Below the pieces are notes generated by a model. The model worked only from the letters and a program-made list of their open reading frames with translations. It did no database searches and was not told where the DNA came from. From Uncultured Candidatus Berkiella sp. (GTDB lineage Bacteria; Pseudomonadota; Gammaproteobacteria; Berkiellales; Berkiellaceae): a stretch of DNA of 41,309 nt. The position numbers and the translations under genes were made by a program. Of the stretch, positions 19,321 through 27,163 are shown piece after piece (position 1 is the first letter of the stretch; each line of letters starts with the position of its first letter). The DNA lies in the NCBI GenBank assembly GCA_964535225.1, contig CAZHSJ010000001.1, positions 1-41,309 on the forward strand. The letters are read 5' to 3'.

Positions 19321-19857
19321 ATGAGCACATCACCTCCTAAAAAAATGCGCAAGCAACTAACGCTGTTAACGTTGGTGGTGATAGGCATGTTTGGTTTTTG
19401 CTTTGCCTTGGTGCCGCTTTATAGCGTGTTTTGCAAAGCCACCGGCTTAAATGGCAAAACGGAAAACAAAACCCAGATTGTTAATGAAATTGATAAAACG
19501 AGAACAATCAACATTGTTCTGTTAGCAACCTTAAATGACTCCTTGCCCGACACTGAAAATGAATTTACAACAAAGGTAAGGAAGTTTACGGTGCATCCGG
19601 GAGAAGCAATTAATACGACTTTTTGGGTAAAAAATATCAGTGATAAATCAAAAGTGGTTCAAGCCATACCCAGCGTTAGCCCAGGCCTGGTTGCTAAGCA
19701 TGTTAAAAAAATGGAATGCTTTTGTTTTCAACATCAACCGCTTAAAGCACATGAAGGAAAGGAGTTGCCTTTAGTGTTTGCTGTTGATCCTAAAATACCA
19801 GCTGAAATTAATACTATCACTTTAGCCTACACTTTATTTGATGTGACCCAGAATTAG
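19321..19857 (+). CDS. ctaG: Cytochrome c oxidase assembly protein CtaG/Cox11
   Basis: FALVPLY.VFC..TG.NG and the ECFCF copper motif. Confidence 0.95.
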   Translation: MSTSPPKKMRKQLTLLTLVVIGMFGFCFALVPLYSVFCKATGLNGKTENKTQIVNEIDKTRTINIVLLATLNDSLPDTENEFTTKVRKFTVHPGEAINTTFWVKNISDKSKVVQAIPSVSPGLVAKHVKKMECFCFQHQPLKAHEGKELPLVFAVDPKIPAEINTITLAYTLFDVTQN

Positions 19858-19868
19858 GGAGATCATGA

Positions 19869-20750
19869 ATGTCACAAAAAACGCATCAACATGAACATTA
19901 CTACGTACCCGCGCAAAGCTACTGGCCCATCACAGGTTCTCTTGGCTTAGGTATCTTTATGGTGGGTTTTGCTAATTGGCTGCATGATAAGCCAATTGGG
20001 CATTACTTATTTTTTGCTGGCTCTTTAATTATTGCTTTTATGATGTTTGGCTGGTTCCGTGATGTTATTCACGAAAGCCATAAAGGCCTGTATTCAAAAC
20101 AAATGGATCGCTCATTCCGCTGGGGTATGGCGTGGTTCATTTTCTCTGAAGTGATGTTTTTTGCTGCCTTTTTTGGCGCTTTATTCTATGCCCGCGAGTT
20201 TTCCGTGCCCTGGTTAGGTGGCGAAGGGGATAGAGGATCTTCCCATCTTTTGTGGCCAAATTTTCAGGCAGTGTGGCCATTACTAAATACGCCCGATCCG
20301 GCACTATTTCCAGCCCCCAAAGATATTATCGGTGCGTGGGGGATCCCTGCGCTTAACACGCTGATTTTGCTTACCAGTGGCGTCACCATTACGATTGCCC
20401 ACTGGGGATTGGTGAAGAAAAATAGAATTCTTCTAAATATCGGTTTGCTTTTCACGATTATGCTAGGGCTCACTTTCTTATACTTTCAAGCCCATGAGTA
20501 CTATGAAGCGTATCATCACTATAATTTAACCCTTAAGTCTGGCATTTATGGCTCAACCTTTTTTATGTTAACAGGGTTTCACGGCGCCCATGTTACCGTG
20601 GGTACCATTATGCTCATTGTGATCTTTTTACGTTGTTTAAAAGGGCACTTTAGTCCTGAGCACCATTTTGCATTTGAAGCGGTGGCGTGGTATTGGCACT
20701 TTGTGGATGTGGTGTGGTTATTCCTTTTTGTGTTTGTTTATTGGCTGTAG
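19869..20750 (+). CDS. coxC: Cytochrome c oxidase subunit III
   Basis: WFIFSEVMFF, FFMLTGFHG.HV and WYWHFVDVVWLFLF motifs. Confidence 0.98.
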   Translation: MSQKTHQHEHYYVPAQSYWPITGSLGLGIFMVGFANWLHDKPIGHYLFFAGSLIIAFMMFGWFRDVIHESHKGLYSKQMDRSFRWGMAWFIFSEVMFFAAFFGALFYAREFSVPWLGGEGDRGSSHLLWPNFQAVWPLLNTPDPALFPAPKDIIGAWGIPALNTLILLTSGVTITIAHWGLVKKNRILLNIGLLFTIMLGLTFLYFQAHEYYEAYHHYNLTLKSGIYGSTFFMLTGFHGAHVTVGTIMLIVIFLRCLKGHFSPEHHFAFEAVAWYWHFVDVVWLFLFVFVYWL

Positions 20751-20967
20751 ACCAAAACGCGTTATGGGGTTTAAGCCACCCCATAACGTAGCAAAAAATC
20801 AACAAGAGAAATAAACCAAAAGACAAACTAATTCTTACAGTAAGCGCCTTAACCATCTGCTCACTTCTATCTTTACTTAAAAGATAATAAAGACCTGATC
20901 CCAAGGCAAAAACAATCGACAACATAAAAGCGAAAATAATTAATTTGATAATCCAGTGATTTTCCAT
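20650..20967 (-). CDS. Twin transmembrane helix small protein (DUF2909/HIG1-like), antisense within the cox cluster
   Basis: From ATG 20967: MENHWIIKLIIFAFMLSIVFALGSGLYYLL...MVKALTVRISLSFGLFLLLIFCYVMGWLKPH. The LGSGL..L...ALT.R..LS...G..PH pattern and the position between coxC and surf1 fit this family. The track's longer 21201 start overlaps surf1 and is unlikely. Confidence 0.85.
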   Translation of the reverse strand: MENHWIIKLIIFAFMLSIVFALGSGLYYLLSKDRSEQMVKALTVRISLSFGLFLLLIFCYVMGWLKPHNAFWSTANKQTQKGITTPHPQSANTTPPLQMQNGAQD

Positions 20968-21685
20968 GAAAGTAAGACCTTTTATAAAAGTTGGTTCGAT
21001 TGCTCTTTTAGTACTGATGATGATTACTTTACTGTGCAGTTTAGGGTTTTGGCAACTTGAACGCGCCAAAGAAAAGGAAGCATTACTTGCTAAAATAAAC
21101 CATGGCCAACAAAGCAGCGTGTTAACCCAAGCTGCTTTATATGCTAGCGATCCCCAAGCGCTTCGCTTTATGCGCATAAAGTTGCGCGGGCATTTTATCA
21201 ATCAAAAAACTATTTTGTTAGACAACAAAACAAATGGTGGTGCGCCAGGTTATCATGTCTTTGTGCCCTTTGCGCTTAATGATGACACCTTGGTACTGAT
21301 CAATCGTGGTTGGATCCCAAGCCCCCCATCACGTCGCCAAATTCCCTTACCAAATCCAGTAAAAGGTGAAGTTACCATTGAAGGTTATTTAGATTTTGCG
21401 TATCGTAACCCGTTTATTATTGACGCAATGGAAACTGACTCAATTCAATGGCCATTACGCGTTCAGCAACTTGATGAGCACGAATTACAAAACCTGATAG
21501 GTAAAAAAATACATAAAATGTTAGTTGTATTAGATAGAGATTCGCCTTATGTCTTTGAACCCGTCAGTCGTACTAACCCTATGTCACCCAGTCGTCACCG
21601 GGGTTATGCCTTTCAGTGGTTTTCTTTAGCGGCTTTGTTATTAGTACTGTGCCTTGGCGTGCTTTACTTTAGAGGTAAAAAATGA
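20966..21685 (+). CDS. SURF1 family cytochrome oxidase biogenesis protein
   Basis: LGFWQLERA.EK, LLDN, GYHV..PF, INRGWIP and H.GYAFQWF motifs. Confidence 0.96.
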   Translation: MKVRPFIKVGSIALLVLMMITLLCSLGFWQLERAKEKEALLAKINHGQQSSVLTQAALYASDPQALRFMRIKLRGHFINQKTILLDNKTNGGAPGYHVFVPFALNDDTLVLINRGWIPSPPSRRQIPLPNPVKGEVTIEGYLDFAYRNPFIIDAMETDSIQWPLRVQQLDEHELQNLIGKKIHKMLVVLDRDSPYVFEPVSRTNPMSPSRHRGYAFQWFSLAALLLVLCLGVLYFRGKK

Positions 21686-22305
21686 ATTCTAAAACCAAAA
21701 CATCGGTTTTTAACAACCCTAAGCTTATTCTTTTGTTGTTTTTTATTGTGATTGCAGGGCCCTTTTTCTTTGCTTATAACTTAGTACAAAAAGGCCAAGC
21801 CCATGAATTTCGTCAAACTAATCATGGCGATCTTATCACGCCACCTGTGAACATGACCAAAACCCCCCTTTATCGTGTTGGCGAACAAAAACCAACTACG
21901 GGTGAACAGTTGGCAGGAAAATGGTGGCTGCTTTATGCAAGCCCCGCTAAGTGCCAACAAACCTGCCATGACATTCTTTACAATATGCGCCAGATCCGTA
22001 CCTCCCTTGGCAAAGATGCCCATCGGCTTGAACGTTTATTTTTGGCACACCCCCGTTGCGCACAAAGTGTTTGCGAAACCTATTTAAACGAAAATTATCC
22101 AGACATGCTCCGTTTTACTCTTCTGCCAAAAGATTACGACATTTTGTTCAATCAAATTAGCAACAGTAATGCCCGTGAAACGGTGGGTGAAATTTATATC
22201 ATTGATCCCAAAGGTAATATCATGATGCACTATGATGCCGATATGGAAGCAAAAGCGATGTTAAGTGATGTAAAGCGGTTATTGAAGGTTTCAAAAATTG
22301 GGTAA
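21682..22305 (+). CDS. Membrane-anchored thioredoxin/SCO-like cytochrome oxidase assembly protein
   Basis: N-terminal TM, TNHGDLI.PP, GKWWL, C...C and IIDPKGNIMM.Y...D.KRLLK; conserved slot between surf1 and ctaA. Confidence 0.8.
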   Translation: MNSKTKTSVFNNPKLILLLFFIVIAGPFFFAYNLVQKGQAHEFRQTNHGDLITPPVNMTKTPLYRVGEQKPTTGEQLAGKWWLLYASPAKCQQTCHDILYNMRQIRTSLGKDAHRLERLFLAHPRCAQSVCETYLNENYPDMLRFTLLPKDYDILFNQISNSNARETVGEIYIIDPKGNIMMHYDADMEAKAMLSDVKRLLKVSKIG

Positions 22306-23320
22306 ATCACACATTTGGTTAAACCGTTTTATTGCAGCAAGCCTCATGCTTGCTTTTACTGTGATCTTGCTTGGGGCCTACACCCGATTATCCGATGCAG
22401 GATTAGGTTGCCCTGATTGGCCAGGATGTTATGGCAGGCTTAGTGCACCTGTCAGTACAACCGAAATTGAACAAGCGCAAAACGCTTTTCCCAACGCGCC
22501 CGTTGATGTCGCCAAAGCAAAAACAGAAATGACGCACCGTTACTTTGCTGAAACATTAGGATGCTTAATTCTAGTTGTTGCTATCCTTGCATTTATTTCT
22601 CGTAAAAAAACCTCACTCCCCCTGCCGCTGGCGCTTGGTTTGGTCTTGCTGGTAATAGCTCAAGGGATCCTTGGCATGTGGACGGTTACCCTAAAATTAT
22701 TACCTTTGGTAGTACTTAGCCACTTATTGGGCGGATTTTGCACGCTTTCCTTATTATGGCTATGTTGGTTATTTTTACGTTTTCCAACCTTGCCTACCCA
22801 CGCTATCCCTCGCTCATTAAGTACCCTTGCCTTAGCGGCCTTAGTGATATTGATTCTACAAATTGCTTTAGGAGGTTGGACCAGTGCCAATTATGCTGCC
22901 CTCATTTGCCCAGACTTTCCCTACTGTCAGGGACAATGGCTTCCCAACATGAGTCTGCGTGCCTTTAACCTACTTGGCGCAATTGGCATTTCAGAGCCGC
23001 TAGCCTTTATGGATGCGATTGAAAAAACAACCATCCATGTAACCCATCGCTTTGGCGCACTCGTCACATTTGTCTTAGGTGCATTTTTAAGTTTTCGACT
23101 TCATCAACAAGCGCTGCATTCGCCAAGCCGTAAATTATTGATGGGCTTAAGCCATTTGCTAGCCTTGCTTCTCTTTATGCAAGTCTCCTTTGGGATCTTA
23201 AATGTTGTTTTACATTTACCCTTAAGTATTGCCGTATTGCATAATGGCATCGCTGTTTTGTTACTACTTACCCTGATTAGCATTAATTATGTGCTTATAA
23301 AATCAAGGAGCGGTGTATGA
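22298..23320 (+). CDS. ctaA: Heme A synthase (COX15/CtaA)
   Basis: GAYTRL.DAGLGCPDWPGCYG, EMTHRY, HLLGG, HRFGA and HN motifs. Confidence 0.95.
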   Translation: MGKSHIWLNRFIAASLMLAFTVILLGAYTRLSDAGLGCPDWPGCYGRLSAPVSTTEIEQAQNAFPNAPVDVAKAKTEMTHRYFAETLGCLILVVAILAFISRKKTSLPLPLALGLVLLVIAQGILGMWTVTLKLLPLVVLSHLLGGFCTLSLLWLCWLFLRFPTLPTHAIPRSLSTLALAALVILILQIALGGWTSANYAALICPDFPYCQGQWLPNMSLRAFNLLGAIGISEPLAFMDAIEKTTIHVTHRFGALVTFVLGAFLSFRLHQQALHSPSRKLLMGLSHLLALLLFMQVSFGILNVVLHLPLSIAVLHNGIAVLLLLTLISINYVLIKSRSGV

Positions 23321-24219
23321 ATAAACTTCAGCTGGTGGAACCTACACAGTGGCGAGATTATTGGGAATTAACTAAACCACGTGTCATTGCTCTAATGTTA
23401 CTCACCGCTTGGGTGGGCATGTTATTAGCAAGCCCGCCCGATGTTTTTCCCCTACATGCCCTTATTTTTGGCACACTGGGCATTGCCCTGTGCGCGGGCT
23501 CTGCCGCTGTTATTAATCAATTGGTGGAAAGACATATTGATATCCATATGCGCCGAACGCAAAATCGGCCCTTGGCACAAGGCCGTGTTGGCCCCCTTCA
23601 AGGCATGATGTTTGCCTTACTGTTGGGCATGATTGGTCTTGCCGTGCTTATTTACTACGTCAATTATTTAACCGCGTGGTTAACGTTACTGAGCTTGGTG
23701 GGCTATGCCCTTTTTTATACTATTTTTTTAAAACGCACGACCCCACAAAATATTGTGATTGGTGGTGCCGCAGGGGCAGCCCCCCCCTTGCTAGGCTGGA
23801 CAGCCGTCACCGGGCAGATTGATCCCTTTGGGTTATTATTGGTCCTGATTATTTTCACCTGGACACCACCGCATTTTTGGGCGCTGGCGATTTATCGTCA
23901 TGAGGACTATGCCAAAGCCAAATTACCCATGTTACCCGTAACGCACGGGATTGTTTTTACGAAATTATGTATTTTACTTTATACAGTGCTCTTAATTGCC
24001 TGCACCCTGTTGCCTTATATTACTGGCATGTGCGGCATTACTTATCTTATCTGTGCGATGGGGTTAGGGGCGTATTTCTTGTATTACGCGTTTTTACTCT
24101 ATTTCTCAACTGATCCTCGCATTGCAATGAGCACCTTTACCTATTCTATTGTTTATTTGATGGCGCTATTTATCGGGCTATTGGTTGATCACTATTTACC
24201 TTATTTTTTGAATTTTTAG
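23317..24219 (+). CDS. cyoE: Protoheme IX farnesyltransferase (heme O synthase)
   Basis: LTKPRV, D..M.RT..RPL, LKR.TPQNIVIGG.AGA.PP and WTPPHFWALA motifs. Confidence 0.97.
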   Translation: MNKLQLVEPTQWRDYWELTKPRVIALMLLTAWVGMLLASPPDVFPLHALIFGTLGIALCAGSAAVINQLVERHIDIHMRRTQNRPLAQGRVGPLQGMMFALLLGMIGLAVLIYYVNYLTAWLTLLSLVGYALFYTIFLKRTTPQNIVIGGAAGAAPPLLGWTAVTGQIDPFGLLLVLIIFTWTPPHFWALAIYRHEDYAKAKLPMLPVTHGIVFTKLCILLYTVLLIACTLLPYITGMCGITYLICAMGLGAYFLYYAFLLYFSTDPRIAMSTFTYSIVYLMALFIGLLVDHYLPYFLNF

Positions 24220-24226
24220 GTCAGAT

Positions 24227-24883
24227 ATGAAAAAGCAAACATTATTTATTGTATTAATTATTGGGATCGCTATTAGCATTGGGATCTGGCGCGATAAGCA
24301 TGACGTTGTTTCTAGCAACGATACAACTACGATGTTTGCGGCAATGCCCTTGTCTGTGGGAACTGCCTTGCCTTTACCCCATCAGTTACCCAAATTCACC
24401 TTAACCGACACCGACGGTAAGCCATTTTCTAATGAAGGATTGAGAAAAAAATGGTCTTTTTTATTTTTTGGGTATAGCCATTGCCCCGAAGTATGCCCTG
24501 CAACCTTAGGTACCTTAAATCAAATTTCACAACGATTGGGTACTAATCCCCATGTTCAATTTATTTTTGTGTCCATTGATCCTGAGCATGACACCCCCCA
24601 GATACTCAAAGCGTATTTGAAACAAGATCAATTTTCCAAAGCTAGTATTGTTGGCTTAACCGGCGATAAGCAGCATGTTTCTACGCTCGCTCGCAAGGTT
24701 GGCGTTTATGTTCAAGACGAACAAAAACTACCCATTAGCAAGGAACATATTGAACATGGTGGTGCCATTTTATTAATTAACCCTGAAGGTAAATTAATGG
24801 CTATCTTTACCACCACAGACAAACCTGGTGCGATTGTGAAGGACTTTAAAGACATTATGCATCGTTATGCTAATGCGGTGTAA
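24227..24883 (+). CDS. SCO1/SenC copper chaperone
   Basis: FFGYSHCPEVCP, VSIDPEHD and conserved His in IEHGGAILLINPEG. Confidence 0.95.
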   Translation: MKKQTLFIVLIIGIAISIGIWRDKHDVVSSNDTTTMFAAMPLSVGTALPLPHQLPKFTLTDTDGKPFSNEGLRKKWSFLFFGYSHCPEVCPATLGTLNQISQRLGTNPHVQFIFVSIDPEHDTPQILKAYLKQDQFSKASIVGLTGDKQHVSTLARKVGVYVQDEQKLPISKEHIEHGGAILLINPEGKLMAIFTTTDKPGAIVKDFKDIMHRYANAV

Positions 24884-24900
24884 ATAATCTAAAATAAATT

Positions 24901-24940
24901 CCCTCATTCCCCACTTTACCGCAAGCGGGGAAATGGGTGG
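24901..24940. repeat. Degenerate BoxC/REP-like palindrome between convergent genes, possibly the cox operon terminator
   Basis: CCCTCATTCCCCACTTTACCGCAAGCGGGGAAATGGG with a CCGC-AA-GCGG core; followed by TGGTTTTGTATTT. Confidence 0.45.
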
Positions 24941-24964
24941 TTTTGTATTTCGCTATACCCACGT

Positions 24965-25621
24965 TTATCTTAAATTTATTTTTCTTGTAGGGCGTTTTTG
25001 TTGTTGCATAGCGAGTTGTTTTTGTTCTTTTATATATTGAAATTGTGAATAGATACCTCTTGGGCTTAACCCCTGAATTTTTTGCTGTTGCTCTTTATTT
25101 ACCACTTGTCTTGTACGCACGCTAGAAGAAGCCAAGTGCATACCGGATAAGGTTTTAAACCAATCCCCAATGCTGATCACTTTTTCAATGATTTTTGAAG
25201 CAAAAGTACTTAAGCCATAAGTAAGGGAACCCGTTAAAATGCCAGATACCATCATCAGTGGCCAAGAATAACCCATTAAAAAACCGTAACCTGCTCCAAG
25301 TGCTGAGCCCGCCATACCGATTAAAATTGAATTTAAATGCCGATTTTTTGCTTCTATGAAACGTTCTAATTGATGCGTTGTTTGCGTGAGGTGCGCTGTG
25401 TCTTGTTTAAGTGCAGAGGTTTTGCCCGTAAGTTGCTCAAGTAATTGGCCTCTTTCAATTAATTTTTGCGCCTTAAGTGCTTCTAACTTTTTCACCTCGG
25501 CCATTGTTTTTTGAATTTCAGCTAAATCCGCTTCATCTTGTAGGGGATTATCCATAGGTAAAAGATCTTTTGTTTTTTTTGGCGGTGTTGTCTTTGCTCT
25601 TTGCCTCTTTTTTCCCATCAT
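24965..25621 (-). CDS. Synaptobrevin/VAMP-like R-SNARE-motif membrane protein (putative secreted effector)
   Basis: Strong SD (AAGGAGG). Residues 33-93 carry heptads centred on Arg57 (KLIERGQLLEQL..KT..L) and end L.R....KN, followed by two Gly-rich hydrophobic segments. Confidence 0.75.
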   Translation of the reverse strand: MMGKKRQRAKTTPPKKTKDLLPMDNPLQDEADLAEIQKTMAEVKKLEALKAQKLIERGQLLEQLTGKTSALKQDTAHLTQTTHQLERFIEAKNRHLNSILIGMAGSALGAGYGFLMGYSWPLMMVSGILTGSLTYGLSTFASKIIEKVISIGDWFKTLSGMHLASSSVRTRQVVNKEQQQKIQGLSPRGIYSQFQYIKEQKQLAMQQQKRPTRKINLR

Positions 25622-25702
25622 AACCCCTCCTTTTTACTCAAGTTACGCTGAGTTTACTTTATTTTTTTTATAGGGGGTACTGATAATTTATAACCAATGA
25701 AG

Positions 25703-27049
25703 CTATTTGTTAGGCGGTGTGCCTTGGGCAAGCATGGCTGATTTTCGTCTGGTTTGACGAAATAATTCGTGCAATAGGGGGGCCTCAAATGAGGTAAACT
25801 CAAAGACGGGACACCTTACCCCCTGCTGATCTGACAATTTTTCTAATTGTTGCAAGATACATTGTTTTGCTAAAGCGAAATTACTGGCTTTTAATTTTAA
25901 TTCAACAAAAAAGGGGGTGGATTGTACTAACTGATATTTTTCAATCCCACCGCTTGCTTTACCAATAGCCAAATGAATGTCATCGGCATATATCGTTTTT
26001 AAACTCAAATTTGATCCCTTTTTTTGAAAACATAACATGTCTTCACAACGGCCAACAATATGGCTTACCGCCAATTTAGTGCTGCCACAAGAACAGGGCG
26101 TTTTCTTTAAACATAAAATATCATTCATGCGGTAGCGCACTAAAGGCTGCATACGACGATGCAACGTGGTAATTACCGGGATGAACTTATCTTTATGTTC
26201 ATCCACCCATTCTTTTTCAATAAAATAATTATCCTCGTTTAAGTGCATTGTACCCATTTCACACGTGGTCCCTAAAAACCCTTCTGCACATTGATAAAGT
26301 TGGTGAACATTTTGTTTAAAGGTGGTTGCAATTAATTTTTCCTCTATGGGCGTGAGTACCTCATACGTTGCAACTAGCTTTTTAGGCGTAATAGGCAGCT
26401 TTTTACCATTATATAAATGGGCTATTTGGCACAACGTTTGCACCGGCGCCACGATCACGTCAGGCGAAAACTGCGTTAAAGCCTGCACGTAGTTCTCAAG
26501 ATTTGATTTTATATCAAAAAATTGCCACTTTAAAAAGGGGGATTTAATTGTGGTAAAACAAGGGGTTTTAGATAAATAAAAAACCGCAATTTTTTGCGGC
26601 CATTTATTTATAGGTAGTAATTGACTCAATATAGAAGTGAGATCTTTATATTTTTCACTGTCGGTAAATAAATAAATACTCTCCTTGCCTGTGGTGCCAA
26701 GGGAATAGTTTGGGTTGTAATTGAGCGCTTGTAAATAGCCGCCTAAGCAAGCCTCTTGCGTGAGCTTTTCAACATTCATCTTTTCAAATTGTTCATCCAT
26801 TAAGATTTTATCGATGTAGGGTAAATCATAAAACCCGAGGTTGGCCTTTTCTTGATAAAAAGGAATAGTAGCCTTCACCTGTTTCATCAGGCGCTTTAGT
26901 TTACGTTGTTGATTAAAATAGCGGATAGATGACGGTAAAGATCCCTTCAGTTTTGCTATTTGGTACGAAAACCAAAAGCTATAGATTTCCATGTTTTGTT
27001 CCACAAGATCACAAATATGATGTAAAGAATCATAGAGGATATTGCGCAA
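25703..27049 (-). CDS. Putative adenylate-forming enzyme (coenzyme F390 synthetase / PaaK-like), divergent
   Basis: IPFY, VHQLYQCAEGFLGTTC..G.MHLNED..FIEKEW, P.IT...R..QPLVRYRMNDIL, C.CGS and I.GR.ED motifs. The real start may be the ATG at 26992. Confidence 0.8.
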   Translation of the reverse strand: MRNILYDSLHHICDLVEQNMEIYSFWFSYQIAKLKGSLPSSIRYFNQQRKLKRLMKQVKATIPFYQEKANLGFYDLPYIDKILMDEQFEKMNVEKLTQEACLGGYLQALNYNPNYSLGTTGKESIYLFTDSEKYKDLTSILSQLLPINKWPQKIAVFYLSKTPCFTTIKSPFLKWQFFDIKSNLENYVQALTQFSPDVIVAPVQTLCQIAHLYNGKKLPITPKKLVATYEVLTPIEEKLIATTFKQNVHQLYQCAEGFLGTTCEMGTMHLNEDNYFIEKEWVDEHKDKFIPVITTLHRRMQPLVRYRMNDILCLKKTPCSCGSTKLAVSHIVGRCEDMLCFQKKGSNLSLKTIYADDIHLAIGKASGGIEKYQLVQSTPFFVELKLKASNFALAKQCILQQLEKLSDQQGVRCPVFEFTSFEAPLLHELFRQTRRKSAMLAQGTPPNK

Positions 27050-27123
27050 AAAGAGACGGTAATCTAGACGGGCGGGCTAAAACAGTCGATAAGCGGAGCA
27101 AGCTCCTAGATAAATCAATGAGC

Positions 27124-27153
27124 AAAAAAAACGGCGCTTTACGCGCCGTCTTT
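27124..27153 (-). terminator. Rho-independent terminator for the 27164-28552 gene
   Basis: ACGGCGC-TTTAC-GCGCCGT 7-bp stem followed by a T run on the minus strand (A run at 27124-27131). Confidence 0.85.
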
Positions 27154-27163
27154 ATGCTTTGCA

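Noticed and set aside
20968-21201. N-terminal extension of the minus-strand 183-aa ORF
   Set aside because: Entirely antisense to surf1; the DUF2909-like sequence begins at ATG 20967.
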